In this document: positions 19,810 to 29,840 of the stretch, one piece after another
Layout: the number at the start of each line of letters is the position of its first letter
Numbering within the stretch: position 1 is the first letter of the stretch
Assembly (NCBI GenBank): GCA_021817985.1
Contig: JAKAFK010000004.1
Coordinates: 13,505-77,504 of the forward strand
Direction of reading: 5' to 3'
Length of the DNA: 64,000 bases
From: Pseudomonadota bacterium
Lineage (GTDB): Bacteria; Pseudomonadota; Gammaproteobacteria; Burkholderiales; JAKAFK01
Made by a program: the position numbers and the translations under genes
The notes under the pieces: model-generated
What the model was told of the DNA's origin: nothing
Databases searched by the model: none
What the model saw: only the letters and a program-made list of their open reading frames with translations

Positions 19810-21123
19810 GTGGATGCCGACATCGACCGACTGACCCTCCCAGACAAGCCGTTCTACGCCAAGAGCGTGACCGATCTGGGCGACACCCGGGAAATTGTCG
19901 CGGCAGAAGACATCTTTTCCGAGCATGGCATCAAGCTGGTCGCCCGCGACAGCCGCATCGACAGCGGACTCTACGAGCGGCTGGTGCTCCACAAGCTGCG
20001 CGTCCCGCTTGACCGATGCCTCAGCATCCCCCATCCGGTCGACCCGGAGACACTGTCGGCGCAGTCAGGCGAGCTCTTCGACAAGATCCCCGAGTTGCCC
20101 ACGCTGGCGAAGGAATTATCGGACCGCTTCTTCCTGCGCCACGCCTTGAGCGAGATCTCGCTCAACCGGGCGCTCGCGTTCAAGCTCACCGTGGCGCGCG
20201 AGAAATTTCCCGACCTGTACCGCCACTCGGTGTTGGTCGGCCTGCTCGCCGCCTATCTCGGCGCCCGGGCAGGACTGCCCGGCGACGAATTGCGTGCCCT
20301 GAGCGCCGCCGGCGTGTTTCACGATCTGGGCATGATGCATCTCGACCCGGCCCTGCTGGATCCCGACCACAAGCTGACGGGACCGGAACGTCGCGCCATC
20401 CTCTCCCACCCGGCGATCGGCTACGCGCTCCTGAAGTCGTTCCCCGAATATCATCCCAAGGTCAGCCATGCCGTGCTCGATCACCATGAGCGGCTGAACG
20501 GCAGCGGCTATCCGCGCGCCCGCATGGCGGAGCGCATCGGCCGCCTGGGGCAGATCCTGGCGCTCGCCGAGGTGGCCGCGAGCCGCATCGGCGAAAGCGG
20601 GTGCGATTGCTCACGCCTTGAGATCATGCTGAAGCTCAATCCGCGCCTGTATCCCCTGGAGCTCATCGGCCACCTCTCGGTGCTGTTCCCGGCGCCTTCG
20701 GCACCCTCGGCGCAGGACGCTGCCGCCGCGTCCGATGGCGTCATTCCCGCGCGCCTCGGGGCGCTGCGGCAGTCCTTCGAGGACTGGCAGGACAAAATCG
20801 GCGCGTTGCGGACCTCTCGCGACATGAAGCCGGAGTGGGAGCGGCTCGACGGGCGAGTGGCCCACCTGCAAACGGCGCTGCGCGATGCGGGACTCCTCGC
20901 CGACGACGCGCACAGCCTGCTTGACGGCATTGAAGTCCATGCCGCCGCGCTCGCCGAACTGGACGCCCTGCTGCACGAGGCGATCTGGCATCTTCGCGAT
21001 GTCGCCGACGAAATCGAACGGATCGCCGGCATAGGTCCGCCGCCCAGCGGGGATCCCGCGTGCTCCCCGCTGGGCGAGTGGGCGCGCGCCTTGCGCGAGC
21101 GCCTGGGCGCGGTCGCGGCATAG
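19810..21123 (+). CDS. HD-GYP domain protein (putative c-di-GMP phosphodiesterase or receptor)
   Basis: RHS, FHDLG, HPAIG and HHERLNGSGYP; GTG start with GGAG RBS inferred. Confidence 0.85.
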   Translation: MDADIDRLTLPDKPFYAKSVTDLGDTREIVAAEDIFSEHGIKLVARDSRIDSGLYERLVLHKLRVPLDRCLSIPHPVDPETLSAQSGELFDKIPELPTLAKELSDRFFLRHALSEISLNRALAFKLTVAREKFPDLYRHSVLVGLLAAYLGARAGLPGDELRALSAAGVFHDLGMMHLDPALLDPDHKLTGPERRAILSHPAIGYALLKSFPEYHPKVSHAVLDHHERLNGSGYPRARMAERIGRLGQILALAEVAASRIGESGCDCSRLEIMLKLNPRLYPLELIGHLSVLFPAPSAPSAQDAAAASDGVIPARLGALRQSFEDWQDKIGALRTSRDMKPEWERLDGRVAHLQTALRDAGLLADDAHSLLDGIEVHAAALAELDALLHEAIWHLRDVADEIERIAGIGPPPSGDPACSPLGEWARALRERLGAVAA

Positions 21124-21219
21124 GGTCGGGCCCGCGGGACCCGCGCCATCCAAGGCATATACTGGAAATGAGGCGCGACGCGACGCAGCGGCGGCCGGGG
21201 CGCCACAGCCCCTTTCTTC

Positions 21220-21987
21220 GTGAGCGAGGCTCCCGTGATCTTCAGACAGCTGTTCGAACCGGACTCCTCCACCTATACCTATCTCCTGGCCTGCGAACGC
21301 ACCGGGGAGGGGGTGCTCATCGATCCCGTGATCGATGCGGTCGACCGCGACTGCGAACTCCTGCGAGCCTTGGGCATCACGCTCGCCTTTACGCTGGAGA
21401 CGCACATCCATGCCGACCACCTGACCGGCGCGCGGGCGCTCAAGGCAAAGCTCGGCAGCCGGATCGCGGCGCCCCGGATGGGGGCTGCCTCCTGCGTCGA
21501 GGTCGGGGTCGAGGAAGGCAGGCCCTTTCGGGTCGGGGACATCGTCTTGCACCCTGTGCACACGCCAGGCCACACCGCCGCGCACCATGCCTATGTGCAG
21601 GACCAGGAGAGCGCGACGCGCGTTTTTACCGGGGATGTGCTGCTGATCGACGGCTGCGGAAGGACCGACTTTCAGGGCGGAGACAGCCGGGCGCTGTTCC
21701 ACTCGGTGCATGACAAGCTTTTTTCCATGGCCGACGAAACGCTCGTCTATCCCGCGCACGACTATGCGAACAGGCAGGTCTCCTCGATCGGCCAGGAAAA
21801 GCGCCGCAATGCACGCCTTGGCGGTGGCCGCGACGAGGAGGCGTTCGTCACGCTGATGGCCGGCCTGCGCTTGCCCTATCCTCGCCGGATGACCTTTGCC
21901 GTGCCCGGCAACGAGGCCTGCGGACAATGCCCGCCCGACGCCCCGGAAGAGTACAAGGAGCGCTGCGCGCGGCACGACCAAGGTTAA
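21220..21987 (+). CDS. Persulfide dioxygenase (ETHE1-like MBL-fold)
   Basis: FRQLFEPDSSTYTYLL, THIHADH, TPGHT, GCGRTDFQGG, YPAHDY, AVPGNEACG. Confidence 0.9.
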   Translation: MSEAPVIFRQLFEPDSSTYTYLLACERTGEGVLIDPVIDAVDRDCELLRALGITLAFTLETHIHADHLTGARALKAKLGSRIAAPRMGAASCVEVGVEEGRPFRVGDIVLHPVHTPGHTAAHHAYVQDQESATRVFTGDVLLIDGCGRTDFQGGDSRALFHSVHDKLFSMADETLVYPAHDYANRQVSSIGQEKRRNARLGGGRDEEAFVTLMAGLRLPYPRRMTFAVPGNEACGQCPPDAPEEYKERCARHDQG

Positions 21988-23402
21988 CCCGGGGCCTTCG
22001 CCTCGTTGCCGGCGGGCCGCTCGTCCAGCCCCAGTTCCTGGATCTTGCGGGTCAGGGTGTTGCGTCCGAGTCCCAACAGGTTGGCCGCCTCAATGCGCCG
22101 CCCTCCCGTGTGGCGCAAGGCCGCGACGATGAGGGTCCGCTCGAATTGCGCCACCAGGTCATCCATGAGCGCATGCTGGCCCCGATCCAGGCGATCAGCC
22201 ACCTCGCGGTCGAGCGCATGCGCCCAGTCGCGCTCGCGCTCGCGCGCCTCGTCCCCCAGGAGTTCCGGCGGCAGATCCGCAATCTCGATGGTCTGGGTCG
22301 GCGCCATCACCGACAACCAATGACAGACGTTTTCCAGTTGGCGCACATTGCCGCTCCAGGCGAGCGTGCCCATGTATCGGATGGTGGCGTCCGACAGCTT
22401 CTTGGGCTCCACGCCCGTCTCCTTCGCGCTTCGGGCCAGAAAGTGCCGCGCAAGGAGGGCGATGTCCTCGCGCCGTTCGCGCAGAGGCGGCAGCCGCAGG
22501 CGGATGACATTGAGGCGATGGAACAGGTCCTCGCGAAAGAGCCCCTCCTTCACCCGCGCCTCCAGATTCTGGTGCGTGGCCGCGATGACCCGCACGTTCA
22601 CCTTGATCGGCTGATGTCCCCCCACGCGGTAGAATTCGCCGTCGGACAAGACCCTCAGCAGGCGCGTCTGGAGTTCCGGGGGCATGTCCCCGATCTCGTC
22701 CAGAAACAGCGTGCCGCCGTCCGCCTGCTCGAAACGTCCCCTGCGCATCAGCTGGGCTCCCGTGAATGCGCCCCGTTCGTGGCCGAAGAGTTCGGATTCG
22801 AGCAGATCCCTGGGGATCGCCGCCGTGTTGATGGCGATGAAGGGCTTGGCCGCGCGCGGGCTGTGGCGATGCAGCGCCCGTGCGACGAGCTCCTTGCCGG
22901 TCCCCGATTCTCCCGTAATGAGCACCGTGGCCTGCGACTGCGACAGCCGCCCGATCGCGCGGAAGACTTCCTGCATGGCGGGCGCCTGTCCCAGCATGTC
23001 CGGCCGGCCCGCCTCGGCCTCCACCTCGCCGACCCCGCGCATGCTCTCGTCGAGCGCTCGACGGATGAGCTCCACGGCATGATCGACATCGAACGGCTTC
23101 GGCAGATACTCGAAGGCGCCGCCCTGAAATGCGGCAACAGCGCTCTCCAGATCGGAGTAGGCCGTCATGATGATGACCGGAACGCCCGGCTCGCGCGCTT
23201 TGAGGCGCTCCAGGAGCGCAAGCCCCGAGTCGCCCGGCATCCGGATGTCGCTGACGACGACCTGGGGCGGATCCACGTCGAGGGCCGCCATGGCCTCGCC
23301 CGCCGATGAGAATGCCTTAAACGCGATCCCCTCCCGCGCGAGGGCCTTCTCAAAGACCCAGCGGATGGAGCGGTCATCATCGACGATCCAAACAGGTTTC
23401 AT
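21984..23402 (-). CDS. ntrC: Nitrogen regulation protein NR(I)
   Basis: Receiver domain, GESGTGKE, ESELFGHERGAFTGA and Fis-type HTH GRNTLTRK. Confidence 0.97.
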   Translation of the reverse strand: MKPVWIVDDDRSIRWVFEKALAREGIAFKAFSSAGEAMAALDVDPPQVVVSDIRMPGDSGLALLERLKAREPGVPVIIMTAYSDLESAVAAFQGGAFEYLPKPFDVDHAVELIRRALDESMRGVGEVEAEAGRPDMLGQAPAMQEVFRAIGRLSQSQATVLITGESGTGKELVARALHRHSPRAAKPFIAINTAAIPRDLLESELFGHERGAFTGAQLMRRGRFEQADGGTLFLDEIGDMPPELQTRLLRVLSDGEFYRVGGHQPIKVNVRVIAATHQNLEARVKEGLFREDLFHRLNVIRLRLPPLRERREDIALLARHFLARSAKETGVEPKKLSDATIRYMGTLAWSGNVRQLENVCHWLSVMAPTQTIEIADLPPELLGDEARERERDWAHALDREVADRLDRGQHALMDDLVAQFERTLIVAALRHTGGRRIEAANLLGLGRNTLTRKIQELGLDERPAGNEAKAPG

Positions 23403-23418
23403 GTCCGACGCTCTCTCC

Positions 23419-24486
23419 TCAAAGGCTCCGCTGCACGTCGTCAGGCAGCGGCAACAGCACGGTGAAACAGGTGTGGCCGGGACGGCTTTCGCATTCGATG
23501 CTGCCGTGATGCTGGCCGATGAACGTCTGCGCGATGCTCAGGCCCAGGCCGGTTCCGCCTTGCCGGCCGGAAACCAGGGGATAGAAGATGCGTTCCCTGA
23601 TGTCCGGGGGGATGCCGGGCCCGTCATCGATGATTTCCAGCGCAATGGCCAGGCGGTGGCGCCTTTTCGCCAGCGTGACGCCGCGCGCCACGCGCGTGCG
23701 GAAGATGATGGTCCCCTTGCCGTCGAGCGCCTGCGCCGCATTGCGCGCGATGTTGAGAACGGCCTGGATCAGCTGCTCGCGATCCCCTTCGAGCTCCGGG
23801 AGGCTCGTGTCATAGTCGCGCCTGATCTTGAGCGCCCCGGGGGTTTCGGCCAGCAGGAGGCTGCGCACGCGCTCCAGCGCCTCGTGCAGGTTGACGCAGG
23901 CCACGCGGGCTGGCCGATGGGGCATCAGGAGCCGGTCCATGAGCTGCTGCAGGCGATCCGCCTCCTTGATCACCACCTGCGTATACTCCTTGAGGGCCGG
24001 CTTCGCCAGCTCGTGCTCCAGGAGCTGCGCCGCGCCGCGGATGCCCCCGAGCGGATTCTTGATCTCGTGCGCCAGATTGCGCAGGAGCTCCCGGTTGGCC
24101 TCGCTTTGCAGCCACGTGCGTTCTTCCCGGACGATTCTCAGCGGTTGGTCCAGGGGATTGAACTCGATGGATGCGGCGACCCCCGGCGCCTCCACCGGCG
24201 TCACCGTGCAACTGAGCAGGCGGGTGCCTTCGGGGCCGGTGCTGAGCGCGAACTCATGATCGGTGAATCCGCTGTTGCGCGAGAGGGCATAGCGCAAGGC
24301 GCGCACCAGGGCCGCCCCCTCCGCAAACACCTCCTCCACCCGATGCCCGACAACGTTTCGCCCGCTCAACCCAAAGAGATGCTCGGCCGCGGAATTGACG
24401 TGCCGGATCCGCAGGCCATCGCCCACGAGCACGACGGCGGTGGCAATCAGATCCAGCCCAGGATACGGGGAGCCCGGCGAACTCAT
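23419..24486 (-). CDS. ntrB: Nitrogen regulation sensor kinase NR(II)
   Basis: PAS domain, AHEIKNPLGGIRGAAQLL, IFYPLVSGR..GTGLGL. Confidence 0.95.
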   Translation of the reverse strand: MSSPGSPYPGLDLIATAVVLVGDGLRIRHVNSAAEHLFGLSGRNVVGHRVEEVFAEGAALVRALRYALSRNSGFTDHEFALSTGPEGTRLLSCTVTPVEAPGVAASIEFNPLDQPLRIVREERTWLQSEANRELLRNLAHEIKNPLGGIRGAAQLLEHELAKPALKEYTQVVIKEADRLQQLMDRLLMPHRPARVACVNLHEALERVRSLLLAETPGALKIRRDYDTSLPELEGDREQLIQAVLNIARNAAQALDGKGTIIFRTRVARGVTLAKRRHRLAIALEIIDDGPGIPPDIRERIFYPLVSGRQGGTGLGLSIAQTFIGQHHGSIECESRPGHTCFTVLLPLPDDVQRSL

Positions 24487-24676
24487 GGTTCGTCCTCTTC
24501 CAGTCGACGCCATTTACGAAGCAAGATGCGTACCAATGAGAGCCCACCGCCGCTTCATCGGCCGCCAGGAGAGAAATGGGGTCAGGATGGCCGCGAGACA
24601 AGCCTGCGTCCCGCCGCGGCAAGAGACAAGGCGGCCTTGGGGCGGCGCCCACGGCCTCACATGAACGGGTGATGCC

Positions 24677-25117
24677 CTATTCGCCCAGCTGCTTCTTCAG
24701 CGCGTCGACGTTTTGCTGGTGCCGCAGCACCACATCCTTGAGGCCTTGCACCCGGTCCAGGTATTTCTGATAGTTCCGCTCGTTGCCGAGCCGCACCGCC
24801 TCACCGGCCTTCAAGGCTTGCCGCGCGGCCGCCAGCTTGCCTTCTTCGGTGGCCAGCTCGTGCTGGAGCAACTCGCGCCGCATCGCGTCCCGTTTCTCCT
24901 GCGTGGACTTGCTCACCCGCGGAAAATTGGCCGGCCCCGGGTTGGACTGCGGGTTGCCGCCCGCGATCGTGGACAGTGGGGTGAGCTCCAGCCGTTTGGC
25001 GCCTGCCCGGGGGATATTGGTATACGTGATGTTGCCTTCCTGGTCGACGTACTTGTAGATGGCGGCGTGCGTGAGGGGGGCGACGCATAAGAGGGCCAGA
25101 AGCCAGAACGTGCGCAT
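24677..25117 (-). CDS. DUF4124-type exported protein
   Basis: Signal peptide, IYKYVDQEGNITYTNIP and a C-terminal coiled coil; lies between glnA and ntrB. Confidence 0.8.
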   Translation of the reverse strand: MRTFWLLALLCVAPLTHAAIYKYVDQEGNITYTNIPRAGAKRLELTPLSTIAGGNPQSNPGPANFPRVSKSTQEKRDAMRRELLQHELATEEGKLAAARQALKAGEAVRLGNERNYQKYLDRVQGLKDVVLRHQQNVDALKKQLGE

Positions 25118-25321
25118 GACGGCATTCCTTGTGATCACATCGACGCCTGCCGGGCAGCCGCGGGGCAACGCCGGGACAGGGGTGCAAAGCTGTCTGCCGG
25201 GCGCCATACGCCCGGCTCGGGACAGTGTAGCATTCCTGCCCAAGAGGACTCCACCTCATCGGGGGGATTTGTCGCGGCATCGATCGCGACACCGTCCGGA
25301 CGTGATCACCTGCCGGTGACG

Positions 25322-25350
25322 AAAAAAAAGGGCGGGAGACCCCGCCCTTC
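25322..25350 (-). terminator. Intrinsic terminator of glnA
   Basis: Minus strand AAGGGCGGG-GTCT-CCCGCCCTT followed by a T run. Confidence 0.85.
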
Positions 25351-25372
25351 TAGCCCACCATCGACCGCCTGG

Positions 25373-26782
25373 TTAGAGGCTGTAGTACATCGAGAACTCG
25401 ATCGGGTGCGTCGTCATGCGGAAGTTCGTGACTTCCTCCATCTTGAGCGCGATGTAGGCATCGATCATATCGCTCGTGAAGACGCCGCCGCGCGTCAGGA
25501 ACTCGCGGTCCTTGTCGAGATAATCGAGGGCCATCTCGAGCGACGAGCACACGGTCGGGATCTCGGCCGCTTCCTCCGGCGGCAGGTCGTACAGGTTCTT
25601 GTCCATCGCATCGCCCGGATGGATCTTGTTCTGAATGCCGTCGAGCCCTGCCATCATCATGGCCGTGAAGGCGAGATACGGATTGGCCAAGGGATCCGGG
25701 AAGCGGACTTCGATCCGGCGGGCCTTGGGATTGGTGACGTGCGGGATCCGGATGGAGGCGGAGCGGTTGCGCGCCGAATACGCCAACATCACAGGGGCTT
25801 CGAAGCCAGGCACCAGGCGCTTGTAGGAGTTGGTCCCGGGATTGGTGATGGCGTTGAGCGCGCGCGCATGCTTGATGACGCCGCCGATGTAGTAGATCGC
25901 CAGTTCGGAAAGCCCGCCGTAGCCGTTGCCGCTGAACAGGTTCTGCCCGTCCTTCCAGATCGACTGGTGGCAGTGCATGCCGGACCCGTTGTCGCCGACG
26001 ATGGGCTTGGGCATGAAAGTCGCGGTCTTGCCGTACGAATGGGCGACGTTGTGCACGACGTACTTGAGAATCTGCGTCCAGTCGGCGCGCTTGACCAAGG
26101 TGCTGAACTTGGTCCCGATCTCGCACTGCCCCGCGGTCGCCACCTCGTGATGGTGCACCTCCACCTCGACCCCCATTTCCTCGAGGGCGAGGCACATGGC
26201 GGAGCGGAGATCCTGCAGGGAATCGACCGGCGGCACCGGGAAGTAGCCGCCCTTGATGCCCGGGCGATGGCCCAGGTTGCCGCCCTCGAAGTCCTTGCCG
26301 GACGACCAGGCCGCTTCCTCGGAAGTGATCTTCACCATGGAGCCGGACATATCCACGTCCCAGTGCACGGCGTCGAAGATGAAGAATTCGGGTTCGGGGC
26401 CGAAGTACGCCGTATCGCCGATGCCCGTCGACTTGAGGTAGGCCTCGCCACGCTTGGCAATCGAGCGGGGATCGCGCTCATAACCCTTGCCGTCGGCCGG
26501 CTCGACCACATCGCAAGTGAGCAGCAGCGTCGATTCGTCCATGAACGGATCCAGGCGAGCGGTTTCCGGATCGGCCATCAGCAACATGTCGGAGGCCTGA
26601 ATACCTTTCCAGCCGGCAATAGAGGAGCCATCGAAGGCGTGCCCGCTTTCGAACCACCCTTCGCTCACGACGTGAGCCGGTATCGAGACGTGCTGCTCCT
26701 TTCCGCGGGTATCCGTGAAGCGCAGATCAACGAACCTGACCTCGTTGTCCTTGATCATTTTCAAAACATCGGCTGCCGCCAT
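25373..26782 (-). CDS. glnA: Glutamine synthetase type I
   Basis: [39 protein letters not shown] (adenylylation site). Confidence 0.98.
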   Translation of the reverse strand: MAAADVLKMIKDNEVRFVDLRFTDTRGKEQHVSIPAHVVSEGWFESGHAFDGSSIAGWKGIQASDMLLMADPETARLDPFMDESTLLLTCDVVEPADGKGYERDPRSIAKRGEAYLKSTGIGDTAYFGPEPEFFIFDAVHWDVDMSGSMVKITSEEAAWSSGKDFEGGNLGHRPGIKGGYFPVPPVDSLQDLRSAMCLALEEMGVEVEVHHHEVATAGQCEIGTKFSTLVKRADWTQILKYVVHNVAHSYGKTATFMPKPIVGDNGSGMHCHQSIWKDGQNLFSGNGYGGLSELAIYYIGGVIKHARALNAITNPGTNSYKRLVPGFEAPVMLAYSARNRSASIRIPHVTNPKARRIEVRFPDPLANPYLAFTAMMMAGLDGIQNKIHPGDAMDKNLYDLPPEEAAEIPTVCSSLEMALDYLDKDREFLTRGGVFTSDMIDAYIALKMEEVTNFRMTTHPIEFSMYYSL

Positions 26783-26861
26783 CTTTCTGGTCTCCTAAAG
26801 TTCGCTCATGACATTGAAAACAATGCGGGAAAAACCGCCGTGGGCCACGATCGGCATGCAA

Positions 26862-26878
26862 AGCAGGAAATGTGCCAT
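26862..26878 (-). promoter_or_regulatory. Sigma-54 promoter of glnA
   Basis: TGGCAC-ATTTC-CTGCT (GG-N10-GC). Confidence 0.8.
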
Positions 26879-26940
26879 CCCAAAAATCCCCAGCTAGCCA
26901 TTCTGCCACAACGCGCCGTGGTTGCGCGAAAAAAAAGCAA

Positions 26941-26988
26941 CGCCCCCATTTGGGGCCCGAGCAGCACAGGACGCACCATTATGGTGCA
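26941..26988. promoter_or_regulatory. NtrC binding sites (enhancer)
   Basis: GCACCATTATGGTGCA (26973-26988) is near consensus; weaker GCCCCCATTTGGGGC lies about 31 bp away. Confidence 0.8.
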
Positions 26989-28142
26989 AAGGCGATGATT
27001 TCGATGCGGCCGAAGTAAGGGTCGTCGCGGAGAATGTCATCGATGCGTTGCTTGAGCGCGTTCACCCGCTCAGTGTCCTGGCAGATCGCACGGGGCAGAA
27101 ACAGCTCGGCCTCCGCCTTGCCCCCGAGATAATGGAGGACCACGCGAGGGAAGTCCGGTCCGGCGCCCGCCAGCCGCGCGCGCAAATGCGCCACCAGTTC
27201 GTCGCGCCCGGGCAGATGCACGCTGGGCTCGGCGCCCCTATCGTCCTCCGGGTCGATGTGCACCATGACATCCAGGACATCATCGTTGCCCAGCACCCGA
27301 TGTCTCGCCATCTCGGCGACATGATGCCCCTCGGAGACGCTGATGCGCGGATTGACGAGCACGTGCGCATCCACGAGAATGCGGTTGCCCATCTTGCGCG
27401 TCTTGAGTTCGTGGAGCCCCACCACGCCCGGCGTCGTGACCAGGGTATGCCGGATGCCGGCGACCACCTCTTCGTCCGGCGCCGTGTCCACGAGCTCCGA
27501 CATGGCGTCGTAGCCCATCTTCCACCCCATCCGGACGATCATGAAGGCCACCAGGATGGCCGCGACGGGGTCGAGGAACGTGAATCCGGCCAGGTTGCCG
27601 ACGATGCCGAACACGACGACCAGCGAGGAGGCGGCATCCGACCGGGAATGCCAGGCGTTGGCCATCAGCATCTGCGAATGCAGCCGGGTCGCCACGGCAC
27701 GCATGTAGCGGAAAAGCGACTCCTTGGCCAACAGCGTCGCGATGGCGATCCACAGGGTCGCCACATGGACCCTCACCAGCTGCTCGGCGTGCTGAAGGCG
27801 CATGCCGGCACGCCAGAGCAGGAGCACGCCCAGGCCGATCAGCATCGCCCCCAGGATCAGCGTGGCGGCCGTTTCGATTCGTGCGTGTCCGTAGGGGTGG
27901 CTCTCGTCGGCGGACCGGTTGCCGTGCCAATTGGCGAACAGGACCAGAAAGTCCGACACCAGATCGGCCGCCGAATGCATGCCGTCGGCCAACAGCGCCT
28001 GCGAGCCCCCGAGATAGCCCACCAGCACCTGCAAGACGGACAGGCAGAGATTGACCGCCACGCTGACCCAGGTCACTCTCTGGCCTGCGCGGTAGCGCTC
28101 GAGGTTCGCCGGGTCGATACCCAAAGCATGCGGATCGGACAT
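26979..28142 (-). CDS. Cation diffusion facilitator (CDF) transporter
   Basis: ADGMHSAAD, HPYGHARIE, NAWHSRSD, SVSEGH, HIDP. Confidence 0.92.
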   Translation of the reverse strand: MSDPHALGIDPANLERYRAGQRVTWVSVAVNLCLSVLQVLVGYLGGSQALLADGMHSAADLVSDFLVLFANWHGNRSADESHPYGHARIETAATLILGAMLIGLGVLLLWRAGMRLQHAEQLVRVHVATLWIAIATLLAKESLFRYMRAVATRLHSQMLMANAWHSRSDAASSLVVVFGIVGNLAGFTFLDPVAAILVAFMIVRMGWKMGYDAMSELVDTAPDEEVVAGIRHTLVTTPGVVGLHELKTRKMGNRILVDAHVLVNPRISVSEGHHVAEMARHRVLGNDDVLDVMVHIDPEDDRGAEPSVHLPGRDELVAHLRARLAGAGPDFPRVVLHYLGGKAEAELFLPRAICQDTERVNALKQRIDDILRDDPYFGRIEIIAFAP

Positions 28143-28294
28143 GGGATGCCAAACCTTTTTGAAGAATTCCGTTGAGACGTCTGGATAGTATATTAGAGAT
28201 CAACATCTTTTTTGCAATCCGCGGCCGCGTCTGCGCTAAAATAGCGCGGTTGCTCAAGAACACCGCCACGAAAACAGCCCACAACGCCAGACGC

Positions 28295-29119
28295 ATGACC
28301 GATCATTACGGGGTGATAGGCCACCCCATCTCGCACAGCCAGTCCCCGCGCATTCATACCGAGTTCGCGCGCCAGACGGGACAGGATCTCGACTACGTCG
28401 CACTGGACGCGCCGCCCGACGGCTTCGTGCCGGCGGTCCTCGACTTCCGCGCCCACGGCGGCCGAGGACTCAATGTCACGGTGCCTTTCAAGGCGGAGGC
28501 TTACCGCCTGTGCGCAACGCTCACCGAACGGGCGCAGGCGGCCGGCGCGGTCAACACCCTTTCCTTGGACGCCGAGGGGATCGCCGGGGACAACACGGAC
28601 GGGGCCGGACTCGTCCGCGACCTCCAGCACAATCTCGGATTTCCCCTCGCGGGCAAACGCATCTGCCTCCTGGGTGCAGGCGGCGCGGCCCGCGGCGTCT
28701 TGAAGCCCCTCCTGCTCGAGGCCCCTTCGCGCCTCCTGCTGGTCAACCGAACGCCGGCCAAGGCGCGCGCACTGCAGGCCGAGGCGGGCCATCCGCAGAC
28801 CCTTGAGGCGGGTGGCTTCGACGACCTCGCAGGCCAGGACTTCGACCTCGTGATCAACGCCACCGCCGCCAGCCTTCAGGACGAATTGCCGCCGTTGCCC
28901 AAGGACATGTTCTCGCAGGGCGCGGCGGCCTACGACATGATGTACGGGCGCGAAACTCCCTTTCTGCGGTTTGCGCGGGCCCACGGCGCGGGGCTCGCCG
29001 CCGACGGCATCGGTATGCTGGTCGAACAGGCCGCCGAGTCATTCTTCATCTGGCGCCGGGTGCGCCCGGCCACGCGGGAGCTCATCCGGACGCTTGCCGC
29101 GCGGTCCGAACGCGCATGA
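28295..29119 (+). CDS. aroE: Shikimate dehydrogenase
   Basis: GHPISHSQSPRIH, NVTVPFK, GDNTDG, GAGGAARG. Confidence 0.95.
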   Translation: MTDHYGVIGHPISHSQSPRIHTEFARQTGQDLDYVALDAPPDGFVPAVLDFRAHGGRGLNVTVPFKAEAYRLCATLTERAQAAGAVNTLSLDAEGIAGDNTDGAGLVRDLQHNLGFPLAGKRICLLGAGGAARGVLKPLLLEAPSRLLLVNRTPAKARALQAEAGHPQTLEAGGFDDLAGQDFDLVINATAASLQDELPPLPKDMFSQGAAAYDMMYGRETPFLRFARAHGAGLAADGIGMLVEQAAESFFIWRRVRPATRELIRTLAARSERA

Positions 29120-29811
29120 GCCGGCGCCTGGTCTGGCGCGCGGCAGGCGCAGCCGCGGCGGCCTTCCTGCTCTACCAAGTCTGGATTCTGGCGCATGTGC
29201 TGTGGTGGATGCACCACAACCCCGCCTCCACCGCCTTCATGCGCGAACGCCTGTCCGTACTCCGGCAGCGGCACCCCGATGCCCGGCTCACCCAGCACTG
29301 GGTGCCTTACGCGCGGATCTCGGTCAACCTCAAGCAGGCGCTTGTCGCGGACGAGGATTCCACGTTCATCGACAATGACGGCTTCGACTGGAACGGGATC
29401 CGGCATGCCTTTGACACCGATCTGCGCAAGCGAAAGATCGTCGCCGGCGGCTCCACGATCACCCAGCAGCTTGCAAAGAACCTCTTCCTGTCGAGCAGCC
29501 GAACGCCCTGGCGCAAAGGCGAGGAAGCGCTCATCACGGTGATGCTCGATCACCTCCTGACCAAGCGCCGCATCCTGGACCTCTACCTCAACGTGATCGA
29601 ATGGGGCGATAATGGGATTTTCGGCGCCCAAGCCGCAGCCCGTCATTATTTCCATGCGAATGCCGCCTCTCTCACGCCTTGGCAGGCCGCCCGGCTCGCC
29701 GCCATGGTCCCCGACCCGCGCTACTTCGACACCCACCGCCACGCGCCGGAGCTCGCCTGGCACACCCGCATCATCCTTGCGCGCATGCATCTGGTGGCCG
29801 TTCCACGATAG
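29116..29811 (+). CDS. mtgA: Monofunctional peptidoglycan transglycosylase
   Basis: EDSTF..NDGFD, GGSTITQQLAKNLFL, RKGEE, YLNVIEWG. Confidence 0.93.
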   Translation: MSRRLVWRAAGAAAAAFLLYQVWILAHVLWWMHHNPASTAFMRERLSVLRQRHPDARLTQHWVPYARISVNLKQALVADEDSTFIDNDGFDWNGIRHAFDTDLRKRKIVAGGSTITQQLAKNLFLSSSRTPWRKGEEALITVMLDHLLTKRRILDLYLNVIEWGDNGIFGAQAAARHYFHANAASLTPWQAARLAAMVPDPRYFDTHRHAPELAWHTRIILARMHLVAVPR

Positions 29812-29840
29812 CACGAGCGGCGATGCCGGAAAGGCCCGCC

